From contig JAKIMF020000011.1 in the NCBI GenBank assembly GCA_022605425.2, positions 744,001-808,000 on the forward strand: DNA of 64,000 bases, in the 5' to 3' direction. Position numbers and translations under genes: made by a program. Below, in pieces: positions 35,646 to 48,831 of this stretch; position 1 is the stretch's first letter; each line of letters begins with the position of its first letter. This stretch comes from Hamiltosporidium tvaerminnensis FI-OER-3-3. Taxonomy: Eukaryota > Fungi > Microsporidia. The notes beneath the pieces are model-generated. The model was not told the origin of the DNA. It ran no database searches and saw only the letters and a program-made list of their open reading frames with translations.

Positions 35646-36135
35646 AAAGCCGTTATAAATTTTATTTAAATACTTTTTTACGTCCAAATTTACCAAAAAG
35701 AGAAAAATTAATTATATTTTTATTAAAATATTTTATAATTTAATCTTCCATTAGAAAACCAATGAAACCCTTCTCAATATTTTTTTTCCAAAAAAAATTA
35801 TATTTTTGATTTTTATCTTCTGATAAAAAGAAAAATACCAGCAATTTTTCTAATTTAAAACGTTTAATCTATTCGATTAAAATATTTTATTTCTTCTAAG
35901 AACACAAATTTGATTTTAATTGATTCGAATGTTTTAATTACTTACTGATTTAATTTAAATCTTCAAGATTTATAAATTTTTATTTTTTTTGCTATTTTTC
36001 TTGCTAAGAAAGCATTTCTATTATTTTTTTTATAATTTATTGTAAAAATATAATAGATGATCCTCAACTTTTGATTAGACCGTAATATGCACACAAGCTA
36101 TTTTTTAATACCTAGAAAATATTTTTATTTAATAT

Positions 36136-36847
36136 TATCACATCTTTTTAAAATAGTGGCAAGTGTTATATTTGTTTTAATGACATTAATGCAGTTCTAG
36201 GTTTAACATAAATAACTGCTAACCCAAAACTCCATCAGTAACCCCTGCAATACCTACGTCCCAAAACCTTTCATTTACCAAGTATGTAGAACCTAATGAA
36301 TAGGCGAGGCAGTTGCCGGAGTTCGTTAATGTCCGTTACATGGAGTGTGATCGAAGGAAGAAGCCACCCTGGGCTTCCTTAAGACTATGCAGCATTCCCA
36401 GTTACTCTACACTTTCTGAGGCCAATAAACTTATAGCTAAGATATATTTCACAGACTTAGACGGGTCCACCTAGACAGTGCAATGTCATACTAACAGGTA
36501 TAACCTGCTACTTAGCTCTCTCAGATTTTAATGGCTTTTGTTTTTATATCTCCCAAGCCTAAGTCTTCTAATCCTAGTGAGCAAGGCTAGGTTTCCATGC
36601 TTTTACATGGAAATTACCTACAAATTCAGCTGCGGTCTGCAATCTGGTTACGTAAAAAACATCAAATAAATTCGTAGAAAAAGTTTCTCCATTTCGTAGA
36701 CTTCTCCTCCTCTTAACAATTCCCATGGAACAACCTAAGATGTAGTGTGGTTTTATTGCCATCAAAAATCCAAACAATGATCTCATACCAGTTTCACACA
36801 CTCATTGCCAAGCAGAAAGTTTTTTATGTGGTTATCATTTCTCCACT
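36136..36847 (-). ncRNA. Family A structured repeat, copy 2 (inverted)
   Basis: Reverse complement is colinear and highly similar to 16890-17601 over its full length. Confidence 0.55.
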
Positions 36848-38419
36848 ATACTCAGAAAATATATTAATATTTAAAATAAACATTAGTCAAACGTAGTACC
36901 TTTCATCGTTTCATAAAAACAACATGAAATAATTTCAATCTAAGTACTTATTTCTTTAAAACTCATTGATATGTAGTTCAAATCTTTCATTCTTGATTTC
37001 GTTATAGAATTTCATAGTTTGTAATTAGAATAATTTTAATATTAGGCTTATCAAATTTATATTATGCAAATCGAATTGGTTTTTGTTCTTTTTAACCTTT
37101 AATAGCTCAGTTGGTATGACATGTTTAAAATTTATATTTTGAAAGCGAACTATTTTATATCGCTACTAATTTAAACGTAATGAAAATAAATTTACTGTTT
37201 TTTAACTCCAAATAAGCTATATCTACCGGATTACCAAACGAATAACATATTTAAATTAAAATTATTTATTAAAATAAAATATTAAAATCATATTTTTTCA
37301 ATGAACATATTTCTAATTCATTCCACCAAATACAAATAATAAAAGATAGTATAAGTTACTGTTTTTTAATTAATGTAGGTTGTATGGGGAAATATTGGTT
37401 GTATACCATGAAAAAATCTAATTATAAATTCAAAATAACGAAAAAATATTTATATCTAAAAAAAATTAATAAAATAAGAGTTACCGAGCACTGAATCAGT
37501 TCATAAGACTTACTTCAAACTTCTGAAAATGTAAAACCGAAAAAAAAAAGTATTTGAGCAAATGATACAAGCCTTAGAACCAAATTAGTGCTGAAATAAT
37601 TCTTCATATGTTAACCTGGTATGATATTGTGTGTAAAACCATAAATTGTTTCATAAAAAATTTTTAAAATGATTTTTAAATTTCTGTAGAAATATAAACA
37701 TACATTCGGTTGGCAATATAAGGAATCCATTTTTTTCTAGAAATCAAGAAGATTGGGTGAATATTAAACGTTTATAATGGCATTATTGAAATCAGACAAG
37801 AAGCTGTGAGATAAGTACAGTTCATAGTTTTGTAATAATATTTAGAAACAAGAAATGAATGTTTTGTAATTAAAGATGTGAAATATTCTGATTAAAAAAG
37901 TGAGTAATAAAATGGAATCAAAGCATTTCCTCAGAATTTAGAAGAAGAGTCAAATATAAAGAGACCAAATCAAACAATTAAAGATATAGAATATTAAATA
38001 ATATCACTTAAGAAACTAATCATAAAAAATATTTTTTCATCTTTAAATTGGTATTCTTCATAAGACGAAAAATAATTTAGGATTTGAAAACAGTAATTTA
38101 ATTACCGTATTTACAGGCAAATAGAAATATAATTATTTTAATTAGAAATTTATTTTTAATTTAAAAAATTCATTTAAATGCGCGCTTAAGTGTATTCCAG
38201 TCTTTCTTTACTTATTATTTAAATACAAAAATATTAAATATTTTTTAAAGATTGAATGACCAATAAATTTTATTTAACAGAATAAAAAAATTAATAAATT
38301 TTCTTTTTAAAGAATAAAAAAACTAAAAAAGACATAAATTTTTTGATTTGAAAAATGTTGTAAAAAATATCTATAATTTAAATGGGTATTTTGAATATTT
38401 TTTTTGCGCAATAACCCCC

Positions 38420-38893
38420 ATGGATGAGCTTGAATGCCATATAAATTCTTTACATAAAGAGTCACTTATTCCACCAAATGAAATAAAAGAAATTTTAAAT
38501 TTAGCAGTAATGAAGGGATTATTGACACAACAGGACATTACTGTTATACCAACATCTCCTATTTCTTCTTCTTCACTAATTCATTATATACAACTGGCCA
38601 GAAGAAATTTTCTTTATAGTAATAACGATACATTGAAAGAGTTTAGTATACTTCAAGATTTAAGAAATACGACACGAAAAATTATTGAGAGAAATGAGAT
38701 GTCTGAATTTACAAAAATGGCAGTTGATAAAACCAATGAGTTAAAGGAAATTGTTAATGGGTATATACAGTATGAAAGAAAGTTTCAAAAAACAACAAAG
38801 GTATCAAAAGTACGTGTTTTTGGTTCATTTTTTTTATTATTTGTAATTATTCTCATTTTTTACGTTTTTTTTGCCATTGAGAAACCATTTTAA
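38420..38893 (+). CDS. Small tail-anchored membrane protein (157 aa), possibly a SNARE
   Basis: ATG 38420 directly after CCCCC; helical body and C-terminal hydrophobic segment FGSFFLLFVIILIFYVFFA; AATAAA after the stop. Confidence 0.7.
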   Translation: MDELECHINSLHKESLIPPNEIKEILNLAVMKGLLTQQDITVIPTSPISSSSLIHYIQLARRNFLYSNNDTLKEFSILQDLRNTTRKIIERNEMSEFTKMAVDKTNELKEIVNGYIQYERKFQKTTKVSKVRVFGSFFLLFVIILIFYVFFAIEKPF

Positions 38894-39171
38894 ATAAATT
38901 ATCTACACTTTTCTGAAAATTTTGTTTTTAAGATTTTTTGGATTGAAATGTTTAAACTTTTTTCTTAATCCGTCACATTATGATGTATTAAATTTAATTT
39001 TGGATTTATTTGTAAGGCCTTGACATATAAATATTTTTCGAATAAGCAAAACAATGATAAATTGATGTTGTTTTTTTAGAATTTTATCAAATAATAAATG
39101 AAACTTGCGTGGAATTCGTATTAAATTTGTTGTTTAGTTAAATAATAATTTAAATGTGAATTGAAATATTA

Positions 39172-39590
39172 GGTAGAGAGAATAAGCCACATTAAAAATT
39201 ATCTTTTGACAGTGAGTGTGTAAAATAAATGTGATAATCACTTTACATCTTAGTGGGATATAAAACACATCGGATCTATGAGAAAATCAACTATAATCTC
39301 GAGACAACAGATTAACGAATATAAATGGAAGAATAACGAAATGTCTCAAAAACAAAGATCTATGTGGAAATCGGACTAAGAGTAATGGAACTTAAAAGGT
39401 TGAGATTTGGCATGGAAAATAGAAGAACCTGTGAATGTTGAAATGTTTTTATTCGGAAAACTGAGTTCATGTGAAAGAAAAATAGAAACCGGAAATACCA
39501 GAACATGCCCAGCGACAGAATATGTTAGGTTCATTTGTTCATCCTCGGCACCGAAAGATATGAGGGAATTGGAATAAGTATGTAAGTATT
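39172..39590 (+). repeat. Family B non-coding repeat, long form; 5' about 110 nt related to family A
   Basis: CCACATT.AAAA..., TGAGT.TGT, GGATATAAA.CACA, GGATCTAT, CAACAGATTAA, ATTTGTTCATCCTCG and AAGTATGTAAGTAT are shared with the reverse complement of 50558-50786. Confidence 0.7.
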
Positions 39591-40962
39591 TAAATGATTT
39601 AAAGAATAGGAAGACAAAGTAAAAATTTACTGCAAAATACAAAAAAAGCGCAAAAAATTATAAAATATTCTTAAACAAAGAAATTCTATCCAGCGAAAAA
39701 CCTGGCTTTTATATAAACAAAACATATATCAATCCAAATCTGTATAATGTAGCCCTATATAAGGTTTAACATAATGGCCTAGGTCCGCTCATGAGTTCAT
39801 CGTAGAATTACCTGATATACTGACTTCCCCTTCTTATACTTAATTCTCTGTCTCAAACAATCTAATGGTAAGAAAAACCGCATATTGGATAATTTAAGAA
39901 GAAGGTTTTAAATAGCTCATTTTTCGTACCTTACATAGAAGAATCTGAAAAAATGAATGCTTCATATCTGTGCTTCTATCCGTTCTCACAATTTTATTAA
40001 GGATGCCAAAAACAAGCTCAATCATGGATTTTGTTAAATTGCAGATCTCTGAGGTACTGCTTCCCCAACTTGTAATAAAATTAGCAACCAAGAGGGCAGA
40101 AGAGAACCAGAGGCGATGTATAGTTATAATGGTGTATTTTATTTATGTTGCACGGCAAATCATACTCTCAAATAGCCTGAAGAGAAGTAAATGTTTGAAA
40201 TCAAGGCAATCTCGGAAATTTTTCGATGATAGAATAGTTTCTAAGTCAAATTGGCTAGCTTGATTTATTGATAACAAAGTTTCTATAACATAATTCAAAT
40301 AGTCTATGATTTGCTAACTCTCATTTATGAAGATATTACATTTAGCACGTATAATTCGTGCAGTGCAGGTATAATATTCAAAGCAGTAGAAAGATTAGTT
40401 TTGATTTAAATGAAAGCAACAAATATAATTGTAACCCGCTGACATTATATTTTCAGTAATCTTTTTGAAAAATTAAATGTGCGCAATAATCTTAAAATTC
40501 CTTAAAAAAAGATTTTGAGTCGGTTTGACTTCAATAGCATAAAAAGTTTTGTTCTAAGCTTCGACCAAATGAATGAATATCTGTTTGTTAATCTTAAAAA
40601 ACCAACAATAGAAAAAACTACAAGCGATTCTAAGAACTACAGCTACATGCTTGAGCTGTCTAGTCTTAAATAATTATTAATGTTATCTTCTCCAAAGAGT
40701 TTGATTAATAGTGGATTTAGATGAAATTTTACAGTTTTTGGTATATAAAATTATAAAGAATACAAATTTAACTTTTTTATGACACCTTTTGAGATTTTTA
40801 GCTTTGCATTGTTTTGCGCCATTCTTCTTTCGCTTGATGTATTTTAAATACTTATAAGTGGCTTTTTCTTATAATTTCGTCTTAATATTAATATTTTACC
40901 TAATATCATAGATCCATATCAGATTAACCATGAGTATGTTATAAAAAACTTATATTTTAGAC

Positions 40963-41702
40963 CAGGTGTCTTGCAACTACGACCTACCACCACATTTTTC
41001 TGGCCGCCAGGATTTTTCTTAAACGTAGATTTTTTTTAATTAACGAAATAAAATAAAAAAATACAGATATATCATACAAAAAGAATTGTAATTATAGATA
41101 ATATAGGCGTTAGATTGTAATATAAAGAAGATCCATAGAGTTTCCAATATTTTTAAACTAGCAGATAGTTTATTATCATTTTGTACTCTAAAAAATCAAA
41201 ATAGAAAAGCAAGAACTATATGTCAAATTTTTATTAAAGAGATTGATTTGGTAAGATTTTTACGTGATAATTTGTTTAAATATTAGGTTGAATTTACCAG
41301 TAGAAATTACTTCTAACGGATTGAAGTGCTTTCTGTCAGTTTAGATCTGTAAACGTTTTTTGTATACTTCTTTTTTAGAGAATGTTTCTTCGCAAAAATA
41401 GGTAGAGCCGAAAGCGGAAATTTCGCTTCAGTAAATATATAAACGTGATTAAATTACGTGGGTGGAAGACAGTTATAAAAATTCATTGATTTATCTGTCT
41501 ATTTTTACATAGAAAAACGTTAATATATATGTTTATTTTTCCAAACATCTATATAAAACTATAAAAATTTGATTTAAAAATATTAATAATTAAATTTCAG
41601 AAATATTTTTTAGTATGGTGGAATAAAAATTATTGAGTTCTTAGCGCGCGGAACTTTTTTTAGAGTTCAATGTAGCCTGCGGAAAAAAGTTTGGAGACCC
41701 TT
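40963..41702. mobile_element. hAT (Buster/Charlie-type) MITE, 740 bp
   Basis: Left end CAGGTGTCTTGCAACTACG and right end AGTTTGGAGACCCTT(G) are imperfect TIRs resembling CAGGGGTCTCCAAACT; 8-bp TSD TTTTAGAC (40955-40962) / GTTTAGAC (41703-41710) with central TA. Confidence 0.8.
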
Positions 41703-43554
41703 GTTTAGACGAATTGAATAGAACAGATTTTATCTTAAGTCGGAATATTTGATTTTTAATGAAATATTCTGGTGAAACGTTTAATTTATATAAGTGATCT
41801 GTAACAGAAGCCCAAAAACGTCGATTTTTAGGATTTTAAAAGTTATTTTTAAACCTAACGAATGTGAAATTCTACTAAGAAGGTATTTAAAATGATGATG
41901 ATAGTATATTCCAGAAGGAATCAAAAAAATTCAAACAAAAATTACACATTGGATAAATTAAAAAAACCCAAAAAATATACGTGAATTTATTAAAGATGTC
42001 ATTTAATACTATAAATGATGCTGGCTTTATTAAAAATTTTAGATTTATAAAACAAAAATATATTATATAAATTAATTAATTATTGAAATTGTCTATGTAT
42101 CGCAGATTTTCGCTTGTGTTCTTGTTTAATAATCAGGGAATAACCCGATATGCCATAAATTATATCAGAAAAGGGATTAGATACACAAAACCTTGCTCTA
42201 TTTTACGGATATCTTAAAATTATAATTTAAAATATATAAAACACATTTTATGTATAAAGGAAGAAAACAACTTAATCAGAGTTGTGAGTAATTTTGAAAT
42301 TATTTAAAAACTACAGACATGTATAAAAGCTTTTTAAAGTTTCTAAAACATTTACATTTAATAACATTTCCAAAATAAAGTTCTTCCCGGAAACTAATAC
42401 TTTAATTCAAAAGTAAAATTACGCACAAAAAACTAAAAATATTAACCTGTTTTTATTTCTAAGCAAATGAACTTACTAGGAAATGTTAAAAATCAAAAAA
42501 AAAAATTACTTAAATATAAATAATTATCATTTCATACATGAATAGGAGATATCGCTATCACAAGCCATCATGTAAGCGCATTTATACTTGAAAAACTACT
42601 TTAGTCTATTTAACTTTAGTCAAGTTTGTTTCTTTGAAAAATACATCAAATGTTATATCATGATCTACGAAAATTATAATTCTCAAAAACCAAAACCAGT
42701 AATTGGTCTAAGATGCGCTGAAAATTACTATAAATATACAATTTTTTGACAATGATTATACAAATGAAAATATAAAAAATTAAAAGTAATAACAATAATA
42801 GGCTTAAAGTTCCAGAGATTTGAGAAACACAGAATGGTATATTATTACAAGACCGTTTAAAATAATATGAAAGGATTATAATGTTTTTTGTAATATAACA
42901 AATATAAGATGCAACAAGTATAAAATATAAATTTAATACGATAGAACGGGTAACTATGGCAAAATTCACCATTTACAATAGTAGAATCATAAAATGAGAT
43001 AAAAAATAAAATTTTATTGTACACATATCATTGACATTTACCGAGTTATAGAAAACAAATTGCATATCAGAAAATTATAAAACGTGATATAACATGTCAC
43101 AAAGTATTTTGAAAAGAGATTTATTGAGCCAACTGACTAAACTTTTACATTTAATAGGTTAAATATCACATAGAAATTTTTAAAATATAAAATTTTGACT
43201 CCTTTAAAAATACAGAGTAGTTCTCTTTAGTTTAGTCTCCTAAATTAGTTAGCGAAAATGTAAACATTCTTTTTTTTAAATGACTTTTAATGATAAAATT
43301 TGGGAGTATTCATATATATAAGTATAATGAAGCCTTTTTGACTGTTTGATACTTCAATCAAGAAAAATGAAAATTCTGATTAGTCTGAACTACTTTAAGT
43401 ACAATTATAGGGCGAATTTCGTATATTCTTTGATTAGGAACACCTGTATATATTTTATAAAGCAAATTATAATTTGTCTTGTGAGATATAACACAGATTA
43501 TGGAACGCAATGTTTTTTTTTCTTTAAATCAGACTTAATATTTTTTGATCAATG

Positions 43555-43745
43555 AAAAGATTCAAACAAAGGTACAATATTCAAAGAACTAGAAAAACCG
43601 TGCACCTTTGTCTTATTCGCTCATACAGGTAGATTATCTATACTAATTATTTTGCAAGGATGAACGGCCTGGAAGAACGGCCACAATATTAGATGCTGAA
43701 AATGCAAATTTCGAGTTAGATTTGAAATCTATGACAAATTATTCA
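43555..43745 (+). pseudogene. Possible Tc1/mariner transposase remnant
   Basis: Fragments translate KRFKQ and DERPGRTATILDAEN, resembling the mariner linker (RF..G...D.PRSGRP). Short and degenerate. Confidence 0.3.
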
Positions 43746-44158
43746 TAAAAAACAACAGAATCATTAAACACATCTATAGTTTTCGTAGAGTTACAAAGAG
43801 TGTTTTAACCAACAGAATCGATAAAATATACAGAAAATCGATTTTCGAATTAAAAAACCTATGGATAAAAATCTCTTTCTAACTTTATTACTTTTTTTCT
43901 AATGAATTTAATTCAATATAAATTAAAACCGAAATTAAAGCGATAAAATCATTCCTATATAGATTAAATTTTCTAAATTTAGAATAGCTTATATTATATA
44001 TAATTCTTGCGTTCTGCGATTGTGTTCTATTTTTTCATCTGTTTTCAATTTCATTGCTTTATTTATATGTTTAATTTATTATATTTTATATCTAGGTTTT
44101 TATAATCCAAAAAAACATTTTAAATCAATAATTTAAATAATTTAAATTTTGTATCCAT

Positions 44159-46504
44159 ATGCCAATCTTCTATTTTAAAGGGCAGTTGCATTCATTATTT
44201 CTTTGCTTGAATATATATTTTCTACTGGTTTTTTGCCAGAATGTAATATTTTATTCGATTGAGAATGCAAATATTGACATAGATTATGTGGAAAACGGGA
44301 AGATTGATAGTTTCAAATTCGAAATAAAAAGTATGTATATATTGAACACATTTAAATCGGTATATCTTTTGCAAAACCAATATTTGAAATGTGTATACAT
44401 AAATAATTCTTACAAATATTATATTCCAAATATTGTAGAAATTCCTGGACATGAAAATATTATTCTGAACTTTTCAGCTCTTGATGATGAACAAGACAAT
44501 GTCCTAACAAGTAAAATTTTTATGGGTCAAATTTCATATAAATTTCTTCTTAGGTTTATAAAATATTCTACAGAAGAAGATGCCTTTATAAATGCTTTAT
44601 CTTTTATGGAATTCATTAATATTTTGACCGTTTTGGAAATTTTAGGATTTAAACGAACTAAGAACAATAATACATTTTTAAAACATTTGTTAGTAAGTAG
44701 TATTATGAGTAAAAATTTTGATTTTCATTTGTCAGATATGTTTCTAAAGTTACCAAACTCTGATTACGATAGATTTCAGTTGAACCTAGAATATTTATTC
44801 AGTGTATTTTTAAAATTTGTATTTATCGATAAAATCTCGAATTATACTTTTTTATATTTCAAAAACAATTCTTCCTCTAAAGACCCCCTAAAAAATTTGT
44901 CTTACCGAGGTTATATACGTTACAAAGAAAGGCTTGGGAACGATAATATTATTTTTCTTGAATCTCATATCTGTTCACACCTTGAAAAACTTCTAAAATA
45001 TTCATGGATTAAAAATAGTATTATTTTCTTTATCAGACACTGTAATGTTGATTTATATTTGATTGCAATGAAAATGGGAAAACTTAAGCCTATGATATCC
45101 AATTTTATCGATTTAATTAAACCTGATAGTCTCAAAAAACTTATTATAACCGATAATGTAATCAATAAACCTACTTTAAAAGTACTTATACACTACGGAT
45201 ATTTTCCTATTACCAAATTTGTAAAAATTATTTGCAATTTAGATATCGAAGAAATCCACTTGATCCTTAGACACAGTCAAAACATAAAAAGATTAATAAT
45301 AGAGAGTAAAGAAGCATGCTATAATATTTTTTTTGAACTTAAAAAACACGCAATTATTCACAAAAATTTAAATATAAAATACAAATGTAATATTCTTATA
45401 ATGCAATGCCAAATGAATGATATCTTTCAAAATCTGCCTGAAAATTTATCTTTTTATATAAGAAAATTTCATATTTCCTTTACACATTGTGAATTTTGCA
45501 TGATGAAATCATTAACTTTTTTTAGAAAAGTTTTGATTAAATACAACACAAAAAAGAAATTAAAAAAATATAAAAATCAATTTTACAACTGCATTAACAC
45601 AAAAGAAGTTTATATTTCTACTAAACAGAATAAACCAGAAAAAATACATCGAAAAATTTTCAAATATATTTTTCGGATGGAAAAATTAGAAAGCATTCTG
45701 TTATAAAATATTATAATCCCTGAAATATTGATATGGCATATTTTAGAATCCAAGAATTTGATTTCTATAAAATTATACAATTCTTGTATTCCTACTCATT
45801 TTTCTCATGATTATAGCATTCTTAATTATATTCTTCGAAGTATAACGATAAAAGAATCAAAATACACTTTGAATGATAATTTTTTTAAATTTTTATTATT
45901 GTTTAGAAATCTTACATTTTTAAAATTATATATTAAAGATATTGATTCAGATTTTGAAATGAGGAACAAACATTGTACTTCTAGAATAATAAATACACCA
46001 AATGATAATTTAATCGTTAAATTAGAATATTTGAAAGTTAATATTAAGGAAGAGACTATTATAGATTGGTCAATATTATTTGCCTTTTCGAATTTCTTTG
46101 ATATTTCGAATTTAAATATACTCATTTTACAAATGCCTGAACTTAATGAGAAGGATGCGTTTATTATTTCTAATTTAAGGAGTTTAAAAGAAATCTGTTT
46201 GAGTATTTATAGACAAAAAACTGAAATTATGTTAAAGAGATTAACTAAAATTTTAGAAAATAAATTTATAAAGCGTATTAGGCTTGATATTTGTAATTTA
46301 AACAACTATATGTTTGAATATATCTATAAATTTAAGAATTTTGACATGGTTTTCATTCATTTTCAATATTTTGAAGCATACGATTTAAATTCTCTTCATA
46401 GAATTAGATGTAACTATCCTAATAGTGTCATTTTTCTCTACGAATACAACCGTCTTGTTTCCTCTGAAGTTAAATGCTTTTTAAAAGAACATAATATTGG
46501 ATAA
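44159..46504 (+). pseudogene. Secreted LRR-like gene of about 781 codons interrupted by one in-frame TAA (45704-45706)
   Basis: ORFs 44159-45706 and 45728-46504 are in the same frame with an open 21-bp gap; hydrophobic N-terminus; LxxLxI repeats continue across the stop. Confidence 0.75.
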
Positions 46505-48650
46505 TTTCGAATCTTTTAAATGATTTAGGATTTAGAAATATGGTTTGTGGTTCTCATACTACTTAAAAAATTTTTAAAATAAAAACTTGTATTTAGAATA
46601 ATATTGCTATCTAAATTGTTTTTTCTAAATATTTTGATATTTGAATTTATTTTTATTTGACAATTTTAAATTCATGACTATTATTACAATTCTCTAAAAA
46701 AAGAAATACTTTTGAATATAAAAACACTTCTAAGATTCAATTATTTCTTATTCACAAATAAAAGTCATATACTTGTAGTTTCGTAGATAAAAAAAATGGA
46801 CAAATAAAATTTTATGCTTAAAAAAACCAATTGAACACTAAAATATAAAACTTGGATGTTGTTCGCTTGTATTAATTCTGATATAAAAAAATCTTTTTCA
46901 AATATAAAGGAAATAAAAGTTAGAGTTGGTTTACTTTGTATAATTTCCTCCTAATTTTACATTTTATAAGCTCTAACTACCAAATATGGCTTATTATGCA
47001 ATAAACCAAATATTTCTATTCAAATGTATTATCTCAAGGTATGATTGAGATGAATATGATCTTTATTTTAAGAATTTCTGATTTAACTACTTAAATATAA
47101 TGCATTATATCGATATTTGTATCGAAAACAAAGATTGAATGACCGGGGTAACGGTTTTGCGATTTAAAGACTATAATAATTACCCAAAATCCAATATTTG
47201 ATAACTTTTATTTTTTATTATCCGGTAATTTGATTCAGAATACACATATATTTTTATTTTAAGACTTAATTTGTTAATAGATAGTATAATTGTATAATAT
47301 TGTTTTAATTCTACGATTTACATTTTCTTTTTAAATTATGCTTCATTTTATAAACCTAACTGATTGCATCTTACTCTGAAAACAAAATTTTTCATTGATA
47401 AAATATAAGACATAATTTTTATACTTTTTTTTTTGATTTTATTCATTTAAGAATTTTATTTTTGATAATTTCGTTATAAATCATTAAACTTTTTATCATT
47501 TTTATAGTATTTAATTTATTTTAGAATATCTTATCTTATCTTCATTTAATATGAGCTAAAGACAAGTTTTTTCTTTGTTATTTGGTTTAACGAAATAAAA
47601 AATACAATAAGAAAATATTGAAAACTTTGTAAGAATCTGCACAAATATTAGATGGAATCAACATGCCAAATTTGATATTATGGATAGCACTTTAGACATA
47701 TTTACAGTGAATTTAGAATTGTAAAAATCATTTTACTTTTATAGTTAAAAAAAATTCACGAATAAATTATAATTTTTCTTTTTTCAGTTTTTACGCGGTC
47801 TTCTGATATTTTTTTTGATTAATATAGATCTGAGTCTAAAAATCTTTTCTTATAATATAAGTTAGATTTCAAGCAAAAATGTGTGCTCTTTCTCATTTCG
47901 ATCTATAAATCAATTCTGAAGTGTTTTTATAAAATGTTCTTGTATTTTTATAAAATGATCTCATATTTATATAAAATGATCTCATATTTATATAAAAAAC
48001 TAAAATATATATTTAGAAACCGATTTCCAAAAGAAAAAAATCTTATACTGTATAAATAATAGATATCGTAGTCTGGATAAATATATTTTGAACTTTTCTA
48101 AATTAAGATTCTCCTATAGCTTTCATATACATCCAAATTCAAAAAACTATAAATATATTTAATTATATGTTATAATATACTATATAAGCATTGATTTAAT
48201 AACATACCTTAAGTGATCTATTTTACAATTGTAAATTCTAAATAAATTTATTTTTAATTTATTTCTATAAATAAGTCTTCTAAACCACAATAGTAGTTTA
48301 TTCAACATATACTTCATTTAAAATTATAATAGTTCGAATAACGTTTATTTCTGTGAATTACTGTTCTTATATCAAATTTTCAGCTATAATTTTACTTTTC
48401 TGAATAAAGAACCATATATCATTTCCGTAAAAAGTTTTTAAACACGAGAATTTATTTTATTTGGTTACATGCCAATTGTTTTTCTTTAGAATTAAATTTA
48501 TATTTAAATAGCTTTTATGTTAATATAAACTATAATTTTCAGTGTCTTTAATGTATAATAATACCTCTGTATATTTCAATTTATTAAGAATATAAACTGT
48601 ATTTAAACCTAGGCTTATTTATATGTATCAATCTATAAAATGATAAGTTA

Positions 48651-48831
48651 TTACTTTGTAGTATTTCTTAGATTAAAATTTACTGCTATTTTTTTTCTTC
48701 GTAGTATTTCTTAGATTAAAATTTACTGCAATTTTTATTACTTCGTAGTATTTCTTACATTAAAATTTACTGCTATTTTTATTACTTCGTAGTATTTCTT
48801 ACATTAAAATTTACTGCTATTTTTTTACTCG
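48651..48831. repeat. Tandem repeat, 4 units of about 45 bp (CTTCGTAGTATTTCTTAGATTAAAATTTACTGCTATTTTT)
   Basis: Visible near-identical units without spacers. Confidence 0.9.

Noticed and set aside
37103-37116. tRNA-like TAGCTCAGTTGGTA (D-arm / A-box)
   Set aside because: No T-arm/B-box or acceptor stem downstream; at most a decayed SINE head.
39700-40300. Short overlapping ORFs on both strands
   Set aside because: Non-ATG starts, no motifs; likely decayed repeat sequence.
48651-48831. CRISPR-like appearance of tandem arrays
   Set aside because: No unique spacers, no cas genes, eukaryotic context.
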